Shown in pieces: positions 52,199-64,000 of a stretch of 64,000 nt of DNA (its first letter is position 1; every line of letters starts with the position of its first letter). Source of the DNA: Hyphochytrium catenoides (taxonomy: Eukaryota; Protista; Hyphochytriomycota). The translations under genes were made by a program, and so were the position numbers. The notes below the pieces were generated by a model. It was not told the DNA's origin and did not search any database. It saw only the letters and a program-made list of their open reading frames with translations. Location of the stretch: the NCBI GenBank assembly GCA_900088475.1, contig FLMG01001436.1, positions 59,754 through 123,753 on the forward strand, read 5' to 3'.

Positions 52199-52264
52199 AA
52201 CCATGCGCCTTTCGTTCTGATTGTTGTTGGGAACCATGCGCCTTTCGTTCTGACCGTTGTTGGC
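52199..52264. repeat. 33-bp tandem duplication
   Basis: aaccatgcgcctttcgttctgattgttgttggg followed by aaccatgcgcctttcgttctgaccgttgttggc. Confidence 0.9.
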
Positions 52265-52596
52265 TCAGTTAGGAGCGACAGCAGCCCCATCCCGGTCGTA
52301 AAGCCACGGCTGACCGCCTGCATTCTAATGACATCCCACTATGAGGATCGACTAGCAAAGAAGGGAATTGACTCTGTTACAGGAGATATAGAATCACATT
52401 ATATTCTGCGTACAGCGGCAGCTACTCCCTCAACAGTCTGTTGGCCCCATTCTGGTAGGAGACAGACAGGTCTTGTGCATCTGCATGCTATCCTCTATCG
52501 CCTATCTTCCGCTATCTATGACTGCTGCCTCTGCTCCACTTCCATCCGTTGATCTTAATATCAAACGCCTGGCAGTGACTATTCCCTCGATGACTC

Positions 52597-54877
52597 TCAC
52601 CACATAAATCTGGCCACACTGCCGTCATTCCAGCTGAAGGGCCGAAGATTGTAAACCAGGATGGTGAAGAGGTTGGCAAAGCTGTATAGCCCCAGAGCTG
52701 GCAAGTACTTATAAGCTGACCCCTAGACATTAAACTTCGTTAGGCTCTCAGCTGTCGGGCAGCGACCGGACGGTTCTCATGCCACCGGAATACGTACCAC
52801 GTCGCTGCTAAGATGGTAAAGGAAAAAAGGCACGATGAAGTATCGGAACCTGTGATGCGTGACAGAATGATGTTAGAAGTGTTGCACGGAATAACGAACC
52901 CACCCGAAGCGATAGGTAACTCACTCAACCAAGTGCGTCGGCAGGAGGACGATTGAGAGTGCCAGAGTGAATATTAACCGCCAAAGTAAGCCTGGTCGCC
53001 TTCCTAGAGATTTCAAAATTAGAGAAGTCTCGGTTACGCTGGGCATCGGAAGTGCTTTCATCTTTCCTCAGTACTTACCCAGGCGGTATGAGAGGATGCG
53101 GTAGCCTTGTATGTACAGTGGGATGAGGGTGAACTTTGCGTATTCAAACCGGCGAAAAAAGTTCTTCCAGATGTAGAAGACATAGTGGCGATTGTCTGCC
53201 AGCATAAACGGGTGAACAAAACTGTGAAACGAAGAGCATTAGACGCATGCTAAGCTCCGTGAGCACTTGGTTTGTCCTACCTAAACTTGCTCAAAAGGAG
53301 CCAAAGAAGCCCTAATCCGATGCACGTTAGCAATCCTCTCTTAGGGCTCCGCAGGGAGGACACGAAGAACCGCCCTAAGTCCTTCCATAGTCCTGAGAAG
53401 CAGGTGCCGGGGGATTGTAAGGTATTGAAGAGGGAAGACCGTCGCATACTGGCTTACCAAGCCTCAAAAAATCCATAGCAAGCATGGAGCTGCAGACTAA
53501 GATGAAGTAGGGCAGCTGGGCAAAGTGAAAGACCATATTATGATGAGCTTTGTCGCCTTAAGGAAGTAGAAAGAAAGCTCGCTTAGTTCTTTGACCAACT
53601 AGTTGCCGCCAGACAAATGGTGCATCATCATACCCACGACCACCGAGCCATTCAAGGCCAGGAAGGCTAGGAACACCACCAGTAGCGCGATGAAAGGTAG
53701 GTAAGTGCTGAGGATCCAGGGCAAATTCTTCGTGATAAATCTGAATAGAAATGGCACCGTGTCCACGCCTGTCAGAGACATGAAAATGCAAGAAGGCGCA
53801 TTTAGTTCTCCCTCAGAGCATTTCTCTCGATCACAGAAATAAAGTCCACTTGGTGATGATGAGATACCTTACCTTGTCCTCCCTGTCTATTGTCCTTCAC
53901 TTTCTCCTTGAGAGGCGCCCGATGCCAGAGAACTGGAGACTGTCCCCCAGAGATGTTACCGACAGTTGATACGTGGACGCCCGCCGCGAATAAGACCCAG
54001 ATGATGTTATTCTGTCGGAAAAGTACGGCCACAGCTCCTGACTAGGTGGCGTGCAGTAAGTCCATCTGGGTATCCCGATATTGAGGTAGCGAGCCACTCA
54101 CCAGAGCAGATAGTGCAAGGAGGTTCTTATATGGAAGGCGATGACGGAAGCGTTGGAGAGACAGCTGGGATAGGTAGTACATCAGAACCACAAAGAAGGT
54201 GGAGCCTGAGTCGGTGTAGTACAGAAAGCTGGTAAAGAAGTGGACTGGAAGAAGGTTGATGGTCACTGCTTTCATGAATGCGTGTCTCCGAGAGGCCAAT
54301 TGCTAGTGACAAAGAGCGGTTAGAGCTAATGCAGACCTGCAGGCGACCAAATGTTCTCGCCTAAAGCAACACCACTTACCACGGTACGTAAATATTCATA
54401 AGATAACGCCAAAGTCGCTAAAGCCATAAGCACGTTGAACGAGCGAAGTACGCTAATGGAGCAAATACTGCCAAGAGCTTCCGACCCGTTCAGCCCCTTG
54501 CCTGGTACTAGCAATGCTAATATCTGGGCATAGGCAGCACCAAAGATGTAGAGTCCAGGGAAAGTGGTAATTTTAGCGTCCCACGTGCCTGTACACGGGC
54601 AACGAAGACATGATAAGTCTTTGGAGATGCCGTATGAACTGCTGGTCGTATACCGAAGTCACCGGCGCAGTAGCGCTGCGTCTGAGGTAAATGGAAAACC
54701 TCGTCCTACATAGTACTGCGAGTCAGTTTAGAAGGCGCTAGCCCTGTTCTGCTATCAACATACCATGTAAGGCTCGGGGGCATGACTCTGAAAGAAGGCA
54801 AAGGTGATGCCATAGATGCAGCAGGTGGTACCGAATAAGAGCCCATCATGAACAGCCTCTCGCAGGCTGCGCTTCAT
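52597..54877 (-). CDS. ALG10: Dol-P-Glc:Glc2Man9GlcNAc2-PP-Dol alpha-1,2-glucosyltransferase
   Basis: PEPYM|DEVFHLPQTQRYCAGDF|GTWDAKITTFPGLY, FLYYTDSGS, FRQNNIIW, NGSVVVGDK.HH, HPFMLADNRHYVFYIW, LVEFRYFIVP, and terminal RPFSW....ARFMW*. Confidence 0.95.
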
Positions 54878-55528
54878 TGAGCTAATCCAACTGTCGTCAG
54901 GCCCTTATCCTGGGTGACCAAGCTGTCACAAGTATTCTCTTTGTTCTTACGTGCAGAGTGCTTTAGACTTTCTCTCTCACTTGAGCTTCGTCTGGCCAAT
55001 GTCACTGCCTGACCAGAGAGATCTTGAGCTTTGATCAACGAAAGCCTTCCAGGTCATCAGCTCAAGACCTCATGAGCACCCGACTACACGAATCTAATTA
55101 CCGGCTCTAATCGGCCGAAACTATCAGAAAGATAATCCCCATTCAAAGTGGAATAAAAGAATTGGTGAAGCTGTAGCAATAGCGTCATAGGGGAAGGAAG
55201 GCGTAAAATAACACTTTGACAGCCTAATATACGGTTTGATCCTTGATCGATTAGGAAACCAAAAATGACCTTTCATTCACTTGCCTTTAGAACAGGCTCA
55301 CAGTTTCTTTTCATTTTTATCGGAGAAGCGTCCAAACGAGGGAAGTCACACTTCTCCATCCCGTTGCCTTCCACTTGTCAGCCGTCGACAAAGAGTCTGT
55401 CATACATCTATAGAGAGCTAGCCTTATAATCTGCGCCTCTGAAGCTCAATATAAGGTCCTTGCACCGTAGCGCACTGTCTAAGCCAAAGGCAAGGCATCA
55501 ACCAGGAAGGGCCGGCAACCTCCAAGAC

Positions 55529-56930
55529 ATGGCGCGACGGTTAGGCTTCCTCGTCCTCGCCCTCTGCATCTACCTCCTATGCAACACGCTCCAGGATGTG
55601 GATGCAGGCAAGAAGCGCAAAAGACGTGCGCGAGACCTTACGGAGCAAGACTTAGAGCGCATAGAGAAAGAATGGGAAGCAGGTAAGGATTCAGCTGTAG
55701 AATCCCTGCCCCTAGAAGAAAATAATATGAACAGGGGACACTGACAGGAGACGAGCCCGAAGAGCTTACGGACGAGTTTCAAGAGGCAATGAAGCGCAAA
55801 GAAGCTCAGCGGATGCCTCTGGATGATGTTCTCAAGAAAGCAAAAGAGAGCGGGTGGGGCAACCCCGTCTGGCTCTGAGGCCCACCTCAAGTCTATCTCA
55901 AGTCTTGGAAAGTTTCTTTGCCGTTGTTTTACTAAGTCGCTCTTCGCATTATTTCTTCTGTCATCTTCCCTCTTCTTTCCCGTGCACCTTAGGTTGAATG
56001 TCCTCACTTTCTCCTTCTAATTCTCGATTTCTCATCACGTGCTTGCGGCAGAGAGAACGCCCACGAGGTCATTGCGGAGCATAATGGCGGTGGTGTGACC
56101 ATGATGTTTGCTAACCTATGGGAGGAGAAGGATGATGGCACCGCGCGCACTAAAGAGGATAACAATGCTCTCACAGACGTTTGGTACAAGGTTGGGCTTT
56201 ACTAGGCTTTAGAAAAGCTTCATCCGTACATCCGGACGACCCTCTGCAGATATCTGCAGAAATATCTTCTCTGACTTGCTCTTCTCCTAACCTCCTTCAC
56301 TGACTTCACTCCTCTTATTCTTTAAATGTGTCTTCGCCGGTTTAGCTCTTCAAGACTGGGATGGTGGACGCTAAAGTCTACGTCATCGACGAGAAAAGCA
56401 TCCTCGTCAGCTCTGACGGCAGTGATGCTAGGAGGATCAAGGACTTCCTCATCGATCGACCAGAAGTGAAGGAAGTGACATGGAACTCCAGGACTTACCC
56501 ATCACGTAAGAAAGACTAATATTATACAGCTGAAGTACCGTGCAGACAGATAGTAATATCTAATGTATGCAGTCCACCCGAAGCCCACCAAGGGGAAGAA
56601 AGTGGAACTCCCTAACGAAGACGAGGACGACTCGGACACGAAGATGAAGGACAGAAATGAAAATGGCAGAAAGAAGAAAGACAAGAAAGATAGAAAGGAG
56701 AAAAAGAGAGACAAAACTGAGAAGCACGAGGACAGAGCGGAGAAGAACAAGGACAGGGACGAGAAGAAGAAGAACAAGTCTGAGAAAGAGAAGTCTAAAA
56801 ACAAGGACAAGAAGGTAGATTATCCTCCAGGAACAACCAGGAAGCCCGAACGTAGGCACTGATATCGTGACTTGACCAGGAAAAGTTGGACAAAAAGAAG
56901 GATAAGAAGAAAGAAAAAGAGGAGCTGTGA
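55529..56930 (+). CDS. MESD: MESD/Boca-like ER chaperone
   Basis: Signal peptide, RDLTEQDLERIEKEWE, VTMMFANL, KEDNNALTDVW, VYVIDEKSIL, IKDFLIDRPEVKEVTWNSRTYP, and a Lys-rich tail ending KEKEEL* (KDEL-like). Confidence 0.85.
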
Positions 56931-57132
56931 AAGGTCTATCACTTACGGCCTCAGTCAAGTATGCAAACTATTATAATACATTGGAGTATTCTCCATCTCC
57001 ATATCCTCTCCCTACTTCACGTCTCGGCGCCATCTCCATCAACAGAAAGCAGGTAGCCTCCAACCCTATAAATCAAACGGTACGCAGCGCGACATCTATC
57101 TACCTTCACTCTAGAACTCTCCTTTCCTTTTC

Positions 57133-59025
57133 TTACGTGAGGCTCAACAGCTCCCTCAGCAATTCTTCGTCTTCCTTTCTAACGAAGCGACCCTTCACTC
57201 TCAACCTCGAGTCTGCAAAGTTCTTTCGGACATCGTACTTGACCTTCTTCGTCCACACTCGATGCTTTCGTTTCTCCAAAAATTTCTCGATCCTCTTTCT
57301 TCTTGACTCAGGAGAATATGCTCCCACAAACCTGCGCATCAGAGGTGAAGAGGTTAAGATCTGCATATTCTTTGTTTGCCGTTGCAGAAGGAGAAGTGGT
57401 GGAACGTCATAAATAGAAAGATTTCGAGTCTTAGGGGAAAGTGTCGCACCCACAGCATAACAGCAGAGAGAACCAAGGCAGGGAATAAAAGATCACTACG
57501 CAGGAGACAGGGGAAGACACTTAATTTACCTCTTCGCCAGGTCGTCCGACGCGGTGTTGCTGCTGCTTCCAGGGATCACTATCGGAGCCGAAACAGTCTT
57601 TACGCCAGATGTGGTGGAGTTGACAGTTGCACCAGAGGTAGGCCGCGCAGCACCTGGGATTGCTGGCGATGGCGTTCGATTGAGAGTCTTGTTGTCTGTT
57701 TGAGCTGAGGAAGGACCAGCCTCTGCCTTTTTCTTATCCGCTGACAGATTCTAAAGAGAAGAAGTTGAACAAATGTATATCCATTAGACTTACGAAAGAA
57801 AAAGACCAGAGTAAGGTCCAGCGAAAAGAGTGTGAGAAGTAGCTCAATACAAGCCTGGCGTTGTCCATCTTTTTTTTCAGCTTTCACCAGCACTTCAGTA
57901 AAGGATTTACCTCAACTTTGTATGGGATGTAATGGTCTGAAAAGTTGAACGGATGGGGAGGAGTGACTCCCATCCCGACGGTCGGAAGGGAGCTTGCCAA
58001 GCCCTTTGAATCGAATGAGACTCGAGAGCCTATTAGCAAGAGCGATCAGCCAGTTGAGAAGGCAACGCCCAGAAACTAGCTAAAAGATGGAAGCCAAGTG
58101 CTTCTTAAGAGGATGGAAGCCAACCCTGCCACTATCTTGTGTGCCTTACCGTCCCCCAACCTCTTCCCTTTTCCTCCCAGGATGTCCAAGGTGTCTGAGC
58201 TCTCGTCGCTAAAGCGAAGCTCTCCCGGGGCAAAGTTGATTTCATCGAACTCGCTAAGCCCTCCCGATAAATACTGACTATCTCTGGCGAACTGCGCATC
58301 ATACGCGTTGTCCTAGAATTTATCAGAATAGAGGTCACGGAGGAGCAAAGTAACAAGACAGACAAAGAGGAGGCCGCAAAAGATCAGTCGGTGTTCACAT
58401 GCCCGCATGGTCAGGAATGTCTACAGTCTGCACGTACTCTGGGAGAATTAGTTTCCTCCAAAGAACCAACGCTCAGAAAGTTTAGGTCTAGTTCATCCAA
58501 TAAATCAAGTGATGACTTCCGATTTTGAAGCATTCCATGCGCCACCAAAGCTGCAAAACAGAAGAGAATTAACAGGAATTAGCTAAGTGCAAAGGGCGTT
58601 CAGAACCAACTACAAGTAGTTAGACGAACCTTCAAGCTCCGACGGATCTCCGTCCTCATAAGCATCAAGCGCTCCAAGAAGCTGCTCATCCCCGCTGATG
58701 ATAAGGTCCTGGACACCGGAGCATGCAAAAAGACGTTATTACTGTGAGATCGGTGACCGGCATAGCTCAAGTACAGTCGAAGCACCTTCAAAATACCCTT
58801 CTGATAACGATCAATGAAACCCTTATCCTCCAGATCTGAAGCACTTCGCAATCTCCCTGATATGCTGCCAGTTCTGTTTCTTTTCATAGGTGCGTCCATG
58901 CTAGTAGAAAGTGTAGGCGGAGTGTGGGATAGGCCAAACGATGCCAGCAAATCATCGTTGAAGTTTCCAAAGATGCCGGTGAAGCTATCTTTTCTAGGTG
59001 GAAGACTCATTTCTTGCTTCAGCAT
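57133..59025 (-). CDS. CCT-domain protein
   Basis: C-terminal GAYSPESRRKRIEKFLEKRKHRVWTKKVKYDVRKNFADSRLRVKGRFV is a CCT motif. All upstream exons join by GT-AG from MLKQEMSLPP. Confidence 0.88.
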
Positions 59026-59429
59026 ACTAACCAACGAATTGTGATAGGTGATAGATCAAAAGCAGAAGATAAAGGAGCTCGCTGGGGGCACAGACTTGGC
59101 ACCTGCCAGCTACTTGAGCTTCCACTAAAGTTGAAGTCAGCTACAAAGCTCTGTAAGACGGTTCCCTGCAACTCGTTGCAGATTCGTCCTTATAAACCTT
59201 TGGCGGTCTAACCTTATTATACCTGACCACTTCGGTAGAGCGGGAACTATTAAGATGAAGCACAGAGCGGCGCAGGCGGAAGCTTCTGAGACGAAGCTTT
59301 AGAAGAGACAGAGCTCAATCTGTCTGTCTTTTTATTGCGGCTTCCAGGACAGGGAGTAGAACTATTTATCGCGCTGGTTGCCTGTCCACCTTCTCAGAAT
59401 TGAGCGAATACCTCGCAACGATGGACTTC

Positions 59430-59585
59430 TCACGAGACAGAGCAAAGGAGAGATGACGGGGAAGAGCGAGAGAGAAAGAGTGTGGAAGGAGGGTGAGAGA
59501 GATAGATCGTAGAAGAGAAAGAAAGAGGGAGAAAGAGAGGAGACAGAGCAGATGAGGAAAGGAAGAGACAGATGCAGAGATAGGA
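59430..59585. repeat. GA-rich low-complexity tract
   Basis: Direct inspection. It reads CT-rich on the CCT gene strand and is likely a 5'-UTR intron. Confidence 0.8.
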
Positions 59586-61617
59586 AAGGTACTCTAAGTA
59601 CAAGAGAGCCCACCCCGACAAACAGAGTGGATAAAGACAGAATACCTGAGAGTTGAGGTGTAAGTTCTTGACCATACGAATAAGAATTTAGGGGTTAGCA
59701 CAACATTGAACAGAGACAGAGAGCGGTGAGATGAAGTAGAGGAAGATGAGATGGGGATGAGAAAGCCGCGGGGGGCCTCTGTGTACGAGTTTATTACGTG
59801 CTGTTTGTACTTGTAATCAAAAGAAACCAAAAAGCTGGCTTGCCCTTCTCTGCCTCCTCTGCCTTCTCTTAACTCATTTTTATAATCCAAAGCCAACAAA
59901 TTAAACCTGATATACCTAATCCTATTCCCCTATTGGTGGCTGGGTAGACTGTCAGAGAAGGCAATAACCCACAAACCTGACTCAAACATACGCCCTTAAC
60001 GGCTTTGTGTTTTTAATGTGTCTACCTCCATCTTACATTTATTGATCCTCATTGCCAATGTGTCATCACTCCTTCTCTGTCTCTCGTTCTTCTTCTCCCC
60101 CCATCCCTTCCTCTCTTCCTATTTTTCACGCACTCTGTCTCGTTCTCATCCATCCGCCTTCAGAATACCTCATTTGAATTCTTGTCTACCCTTGCTCTTT
60201 TCCCTATCTTTCTATCTGTCATTTTGGGCTTCTTGTCGAGATGGTCAACAGGGTCGGAAATAAGGAGAGTGGAAATGGAGGCCTCATTATTTGACTCTAT
60301 GGACACCCAACCAGAACGACTTGGCAAATATTCGGAAATGACGGGACAATTTCGGAGTTTTCTCAACTTTCTTCAACCAAGTCTAGCGGTTACCAGCTAT
60401 TTCGCATCTCAGTACCTTCCACCCCAGACATTGCGACAAAAGCTGGATGAAACCGGGCATCCAGTAGCTGTTCTGGATCACGTGTTCAGATGTTAAGGGT
60501 TTACCTGTAAACCTCAACCCTTATTTAGCTTCCTAAGCACGTTTCGCCTCTTGTTTGCGACAATGCTAGGACCCTGTGCTTGTCGTTATCTAAATGGTGC
60601 TTCTCGCCCTCAGACTGGCTCTCTTCCGTTACGTTTTGGAGCCTTTCTGACTTCCTGAGATAGGCGCAGAAGTCCGTCTCTATTCCTAGAAGCTGCAGCA
60701 GCAGCAACTGCAACCCTCAGCAACCTTCTTCTTTTCTTCCTCACTCATACAGATGAATAGCTGACTGTTCCTTATCGAGCTCTGTCTTGACCTGTTACCT
60801 CTTGCTGTCCGTGTCACGGGTCAGTAGGAAGGTCAAATGTCACCATAGGAGATGTCAGAGGAGTCGATTGCTCTTATAAAACACAGAGCCAGATTCTACT
60901 TTTAGGGGATGATGAAGACGGTGCCCCAGGTAGTTCATGAGAAGGAAGAGCCTCATATGCCATTTTTGGGACAGTGATTGACTAGACCTTTTAACGTTGA
61001 TAGTAAGGAATATCATAATAGGACCGGAACTGGAACTGGTAGTATAAGATCCAACAGGTAGAATTAGTCTACACCCCTTCGGGCAAAATTTGTCATCAAC
61101 AGTCATGCGCGTCTTCTAAGAGAGCATGTCCTGTTTCGGCTACTTTATCAGACTTCGCAGAGGTAGGAGAGATCGGAGTCCAATCAACGAGTGCCTGTCG
61201 TGTTCGAACCTTCTTCTAACTGTACATACAGCATCGTTGTCTCCTATGCATTATGCTTGCAGAATGTGTTTAGAATGAAGAGCTTTGGGTCATCTCTTAT
61301 GCACTCTTGACCTAGTATGAGGATGGGCATCTCTGTCCACTTTCAGTCTCTGCAATGGAGAGTCTTCTCTTCGGTGATCTCCATGCTACATCGTTGCCAG
61401 TAGGTGCCGGTTCTCCCAGCCAATGGTCGATGCTCTCTTAGCTCATGATGCCGCTCTACTTCCATTGCCTTGTATCCACAGCCGAATATCTCCCTTGGCG
61501 AGGAATAAAATTGGACGTTCCAATAGATACTGGTGGAAGGATATAGATAACCAAACGCTTATTACTCTGCTGCTATGTCTGTGGTCGACCGACGATCGAG
61601 CTGACGGTCCAGTCAGT

Positions 61618-62650
61618 CTAGGTCTGAGCCAGAATACGCGGGAGGACAGATTGCTGGAAGATTGTACAATCCATGGCTGTGGGAAGACAGATCTTGATAA
61701 AGTGTTGACTGTTATGAGGGTCGTAGTCTTGCCCGAAGTGTTCCAGGTTCCTCATCACCTTGAACTGCACGGTGCGCTGCGAAGGATTAAAGGTGACATG
61801 CCTCATGTCCGAATATTTCATCTTCATGTGCACCTCTTTCTGTTGGAAGGGATGGAAGAAGATGTAACTAGCGCCACATGTCAGCTTTGCTAATGGCATA
61901 GCGATAAGGAGGAAAGAAGGCAGGTTGTACGGGATAGCTTACCGACACTCGTCCCTCAGAAAGTGGACAGGTGATGGGAAACGGCACTCTAAACGTCCAA
62001 CAATCAGGTTATTTGACGGCGTTGAGAGCAGGGACTGCTGTAAAGTCACACAGAAAATTGTGAGTCACTTGGACTCCGAATGCCCAAATCTTGAAGTCGT
62101 CATGATATTACCTCCGTATTGTTCACTGGGATGATATCACTTTCTAGCGCATTCTTTTGCCTCACTGATTTCGTTATTTCTTCGGCCTGCTTACTGATGC
62201 TTGATAGTTGTTCGGTCAAGGAAGGTCTCAATCTGGATCCCTTTGATGGAAGCTGGAGGGGCTTTGGTCGCCGGAGGGAATGTATTGGCGCATTATTGGC
62301 CCGAGAGCTGGATGGGTTTATAGGCTGCTTAATGGACACGGCAGACTCGCCAGCTATAGAAGGCTTGGTCTCTATCGCTTCTTCAGGGGGACTTGGTTGA
62401 ACAATGGAAGCAAGTGACTTGCCCGAACGCACGAGCTTCGGAACTGGAGTCGGTGCTTTGAAGTCGCTTGGGCCGAATATCGCGTCAAGGTAGCTGAGTG
62501 CTTTAGGGGTTTCTTGGCTTTCGACGCACTCTTTTTCCGATGCAGGTCCCGTGCTTCTGACATGATTTCCAACAACCTGGTCCTTGAACTTTGTGCTGGA
62601 GGGCATGGCAGATCAACAACCGATACGCTTCTTCGTGTCAGACACGCCAT
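61618..62650 (-). CDS. Hypothetical protein (disordered N-terminus, compact beta-rich C-terminal domain)
   Basis: A 168-codon exon plus GT-AG exons giving NNLIVGRLECRFPSPVHFLRDECR|YIFFHPFQQKEVHMKMKYSDMRHV...VQFKV...YDP....HFIKI. Start is 62650 or 62606. Confidence 0.65.
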
Positions 62651-63533
62651 GTACTGTGCCTTTCATACTAGCAACAAACTTTATCGTCTCGCAACCATAG
62701 CTATCGCTTGAGGCCTGCGACAGAAGACCTGAGTGCACCTCCCCTCCTATCATCACATCTCAAGTCCAGCCATCTCCCTCTTCATCACAGGGAACGCTAT
62801 CGAGGTCAGCCGTCCCAAGTACCACAGGCTGTGCTTATCCCAAGCCGCTATTTGCCCTCATCCCTACAAGCCATCACCTTTATCGCCTGTCTTCGACAAT
62901 GTAAGGTGGGGTCTGAGGGGAAGAGGCGATAGTTGGCTCTGATGGGGCTTTCCCCAACTGGGATTAGTAACGTCCAGTCGCTCCTGGGGTAGGTCAGAGC
63001 ATCTGGCCAAGTACTGTACAGTATCGGGTATCAGAACCTGATAGCTTCTGAATAGACTGTGCTGTATCCGTAATGAGCCTAGTGGGGGAACAAAGAGAGA
63101 ATTTGAAAATGTGTCAAGCTCCCGTTGGCGCCTCCAGCCTCCAACCTCTGAAGTGCTTCAGTCCGTCAGCGCCAGGGACCAAGAGTCAGGGACCAAGGAC
63201 CGCCCACTACTAGTTCGCCAAGCCATCTCCGAAGACACTGAGATTCTGGGAGGTCAAGGTTATATCTGGGCTAACACTTGCTCGTTATGCCACTATTACA
63301 AGGGCTTCGAAGGCTCTAGGTTAGCCCAACTTAGAACCAGGGTCATTGTGACCTTCTTAGAACTTGTTCCGTAGGGGAACACCGTCCCGGCAAGTGGTTC
63401 CCACTGGATTTGTCCAGGCTTTCACACCTACCTGGCTGCTAGGGGTTATTTTTGAGTTATCACCAAGGTATGGAGAGGAGGCCAATTCTCGCCTCCAAGG
63501 TTAGAAGCTAGCCATTGCTAGATTATCAAGAGA

Positions 63534-64000
63534 ATGGAATCAGACGAGACTTTGCTTGGACCTCGTCAGAGCCTCCCACAGCCCCATCCACCACCAAGAC
63601 GGCTCCTATCAGCTATTGAACCAGATCAACCAAAGCGTGAGGCCGACCAGGCGCAAAGAGTCGATCATGGACGCCTATTAGAGAGCCAGAAGGTTAAAGG
63701 CAAGCGCCAGGTTAGCTTTGCTAATGACCTCAACCCCAGACCACCGGCGCCACAGCCCACCAGTGGGGGGCCACGTGACGCAAAAGGCTTCAATCCGTCC
63801 GGAGCCCGCACAATGCCACAGATTCGAGGCCACCGGTTGCAGAATAGCTATAAGAATCCGGCCAAGGTAACCTCCTTAAAAGCACGACTGGATAAGCGAC
63901 GTCGGGCAGCGGCAGAAATCGATGCGTGGCAACCGCTTGGCTATCCGGAGAACTTTGATGCGAATGCTGCGCCGATCGTGGCGGGTCCCGTGCCTCACTC
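63534..64000 (+). CDS. Hypothetical protein, runs off the window end
   Basis: ATG at 63534 opens 155 stop-free codons (MESDETLLGPRQSLPQ...KGKRQVSFAND...GPVPH). It is absent from the ORF track because it has no stop in the window. Confidence 0.6.
   Translation, partial: MESDETLLGPRQSLPQPHPPPRRLLSAIEPDQPKREADQAQRVDHGRLLESQKVKGKRQVSFANDLNPRPPAPQPTSGGPRDAKGFNPSGARTMPQIRGHRLQNSYKNPAKVTSLKARLDKRRRAAAEIDAWQPLGYPENFDANAAPIVAGPVPH

Noticed and set aside
56243-56260. Perfect 18-bp palindrome TCTGCAGATATCTGCAGA resembling a cloning polylinker
   Set aside because: It is isolated inside a MESD intron with no flanking vector sequence or TSD/TIR structure.
1-64000. Alternative genetic code or stop read-through explaining the short ORFs
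   Set aside because: Conserved genes end in TAA, TAG and TGA at the expected positions, and all internal stops I checked fall inside introns.

Overview
Gene-dense eukaryotic nuclear DNA with many short spliceosomal introns (GT-AG, CTRAC/CTRAY-like branch points), GA/CT microsatellites and three N-gaps. The gene set suggests a protist, probably a stramenopile (inference only). The ORF track is fragmented by introns, so I rebuilt genes by hand-splicing. In order: MCMBP (3' part), CARMIL-like PH-LRR, LONRF-like RING-LON ligase, SYS1, YOP1/REEP, a PX-domain protein, an atypical Hsp70, dynein roadblock, SCCPDH, a large IQ-WW-WW-ankyrin protein, TRPC4AP, an amino-acid permease, BRCT-PNKP, ALG10, MESD, a CCT-domain protein and two unknown ORFs. 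I recognised no tRNA, rRNA, snRNA, transposon or CRISPR array. The strongest observation is a consensus U12-type (minor spliceosome) intron in TRPC4AP (43262-43475). Other observations are a GC-AG intron, 7-nt and 18-nt microexons, and unusual protein architectures: BRCT-PNKP, tail-anchored LONRF, CARMIL without a visible CPI motif, and Hsp70 without EEVD. Gene names come from motif recognition from memory, not database searches. CDS coordinates are start-to-stop spans that include introns.
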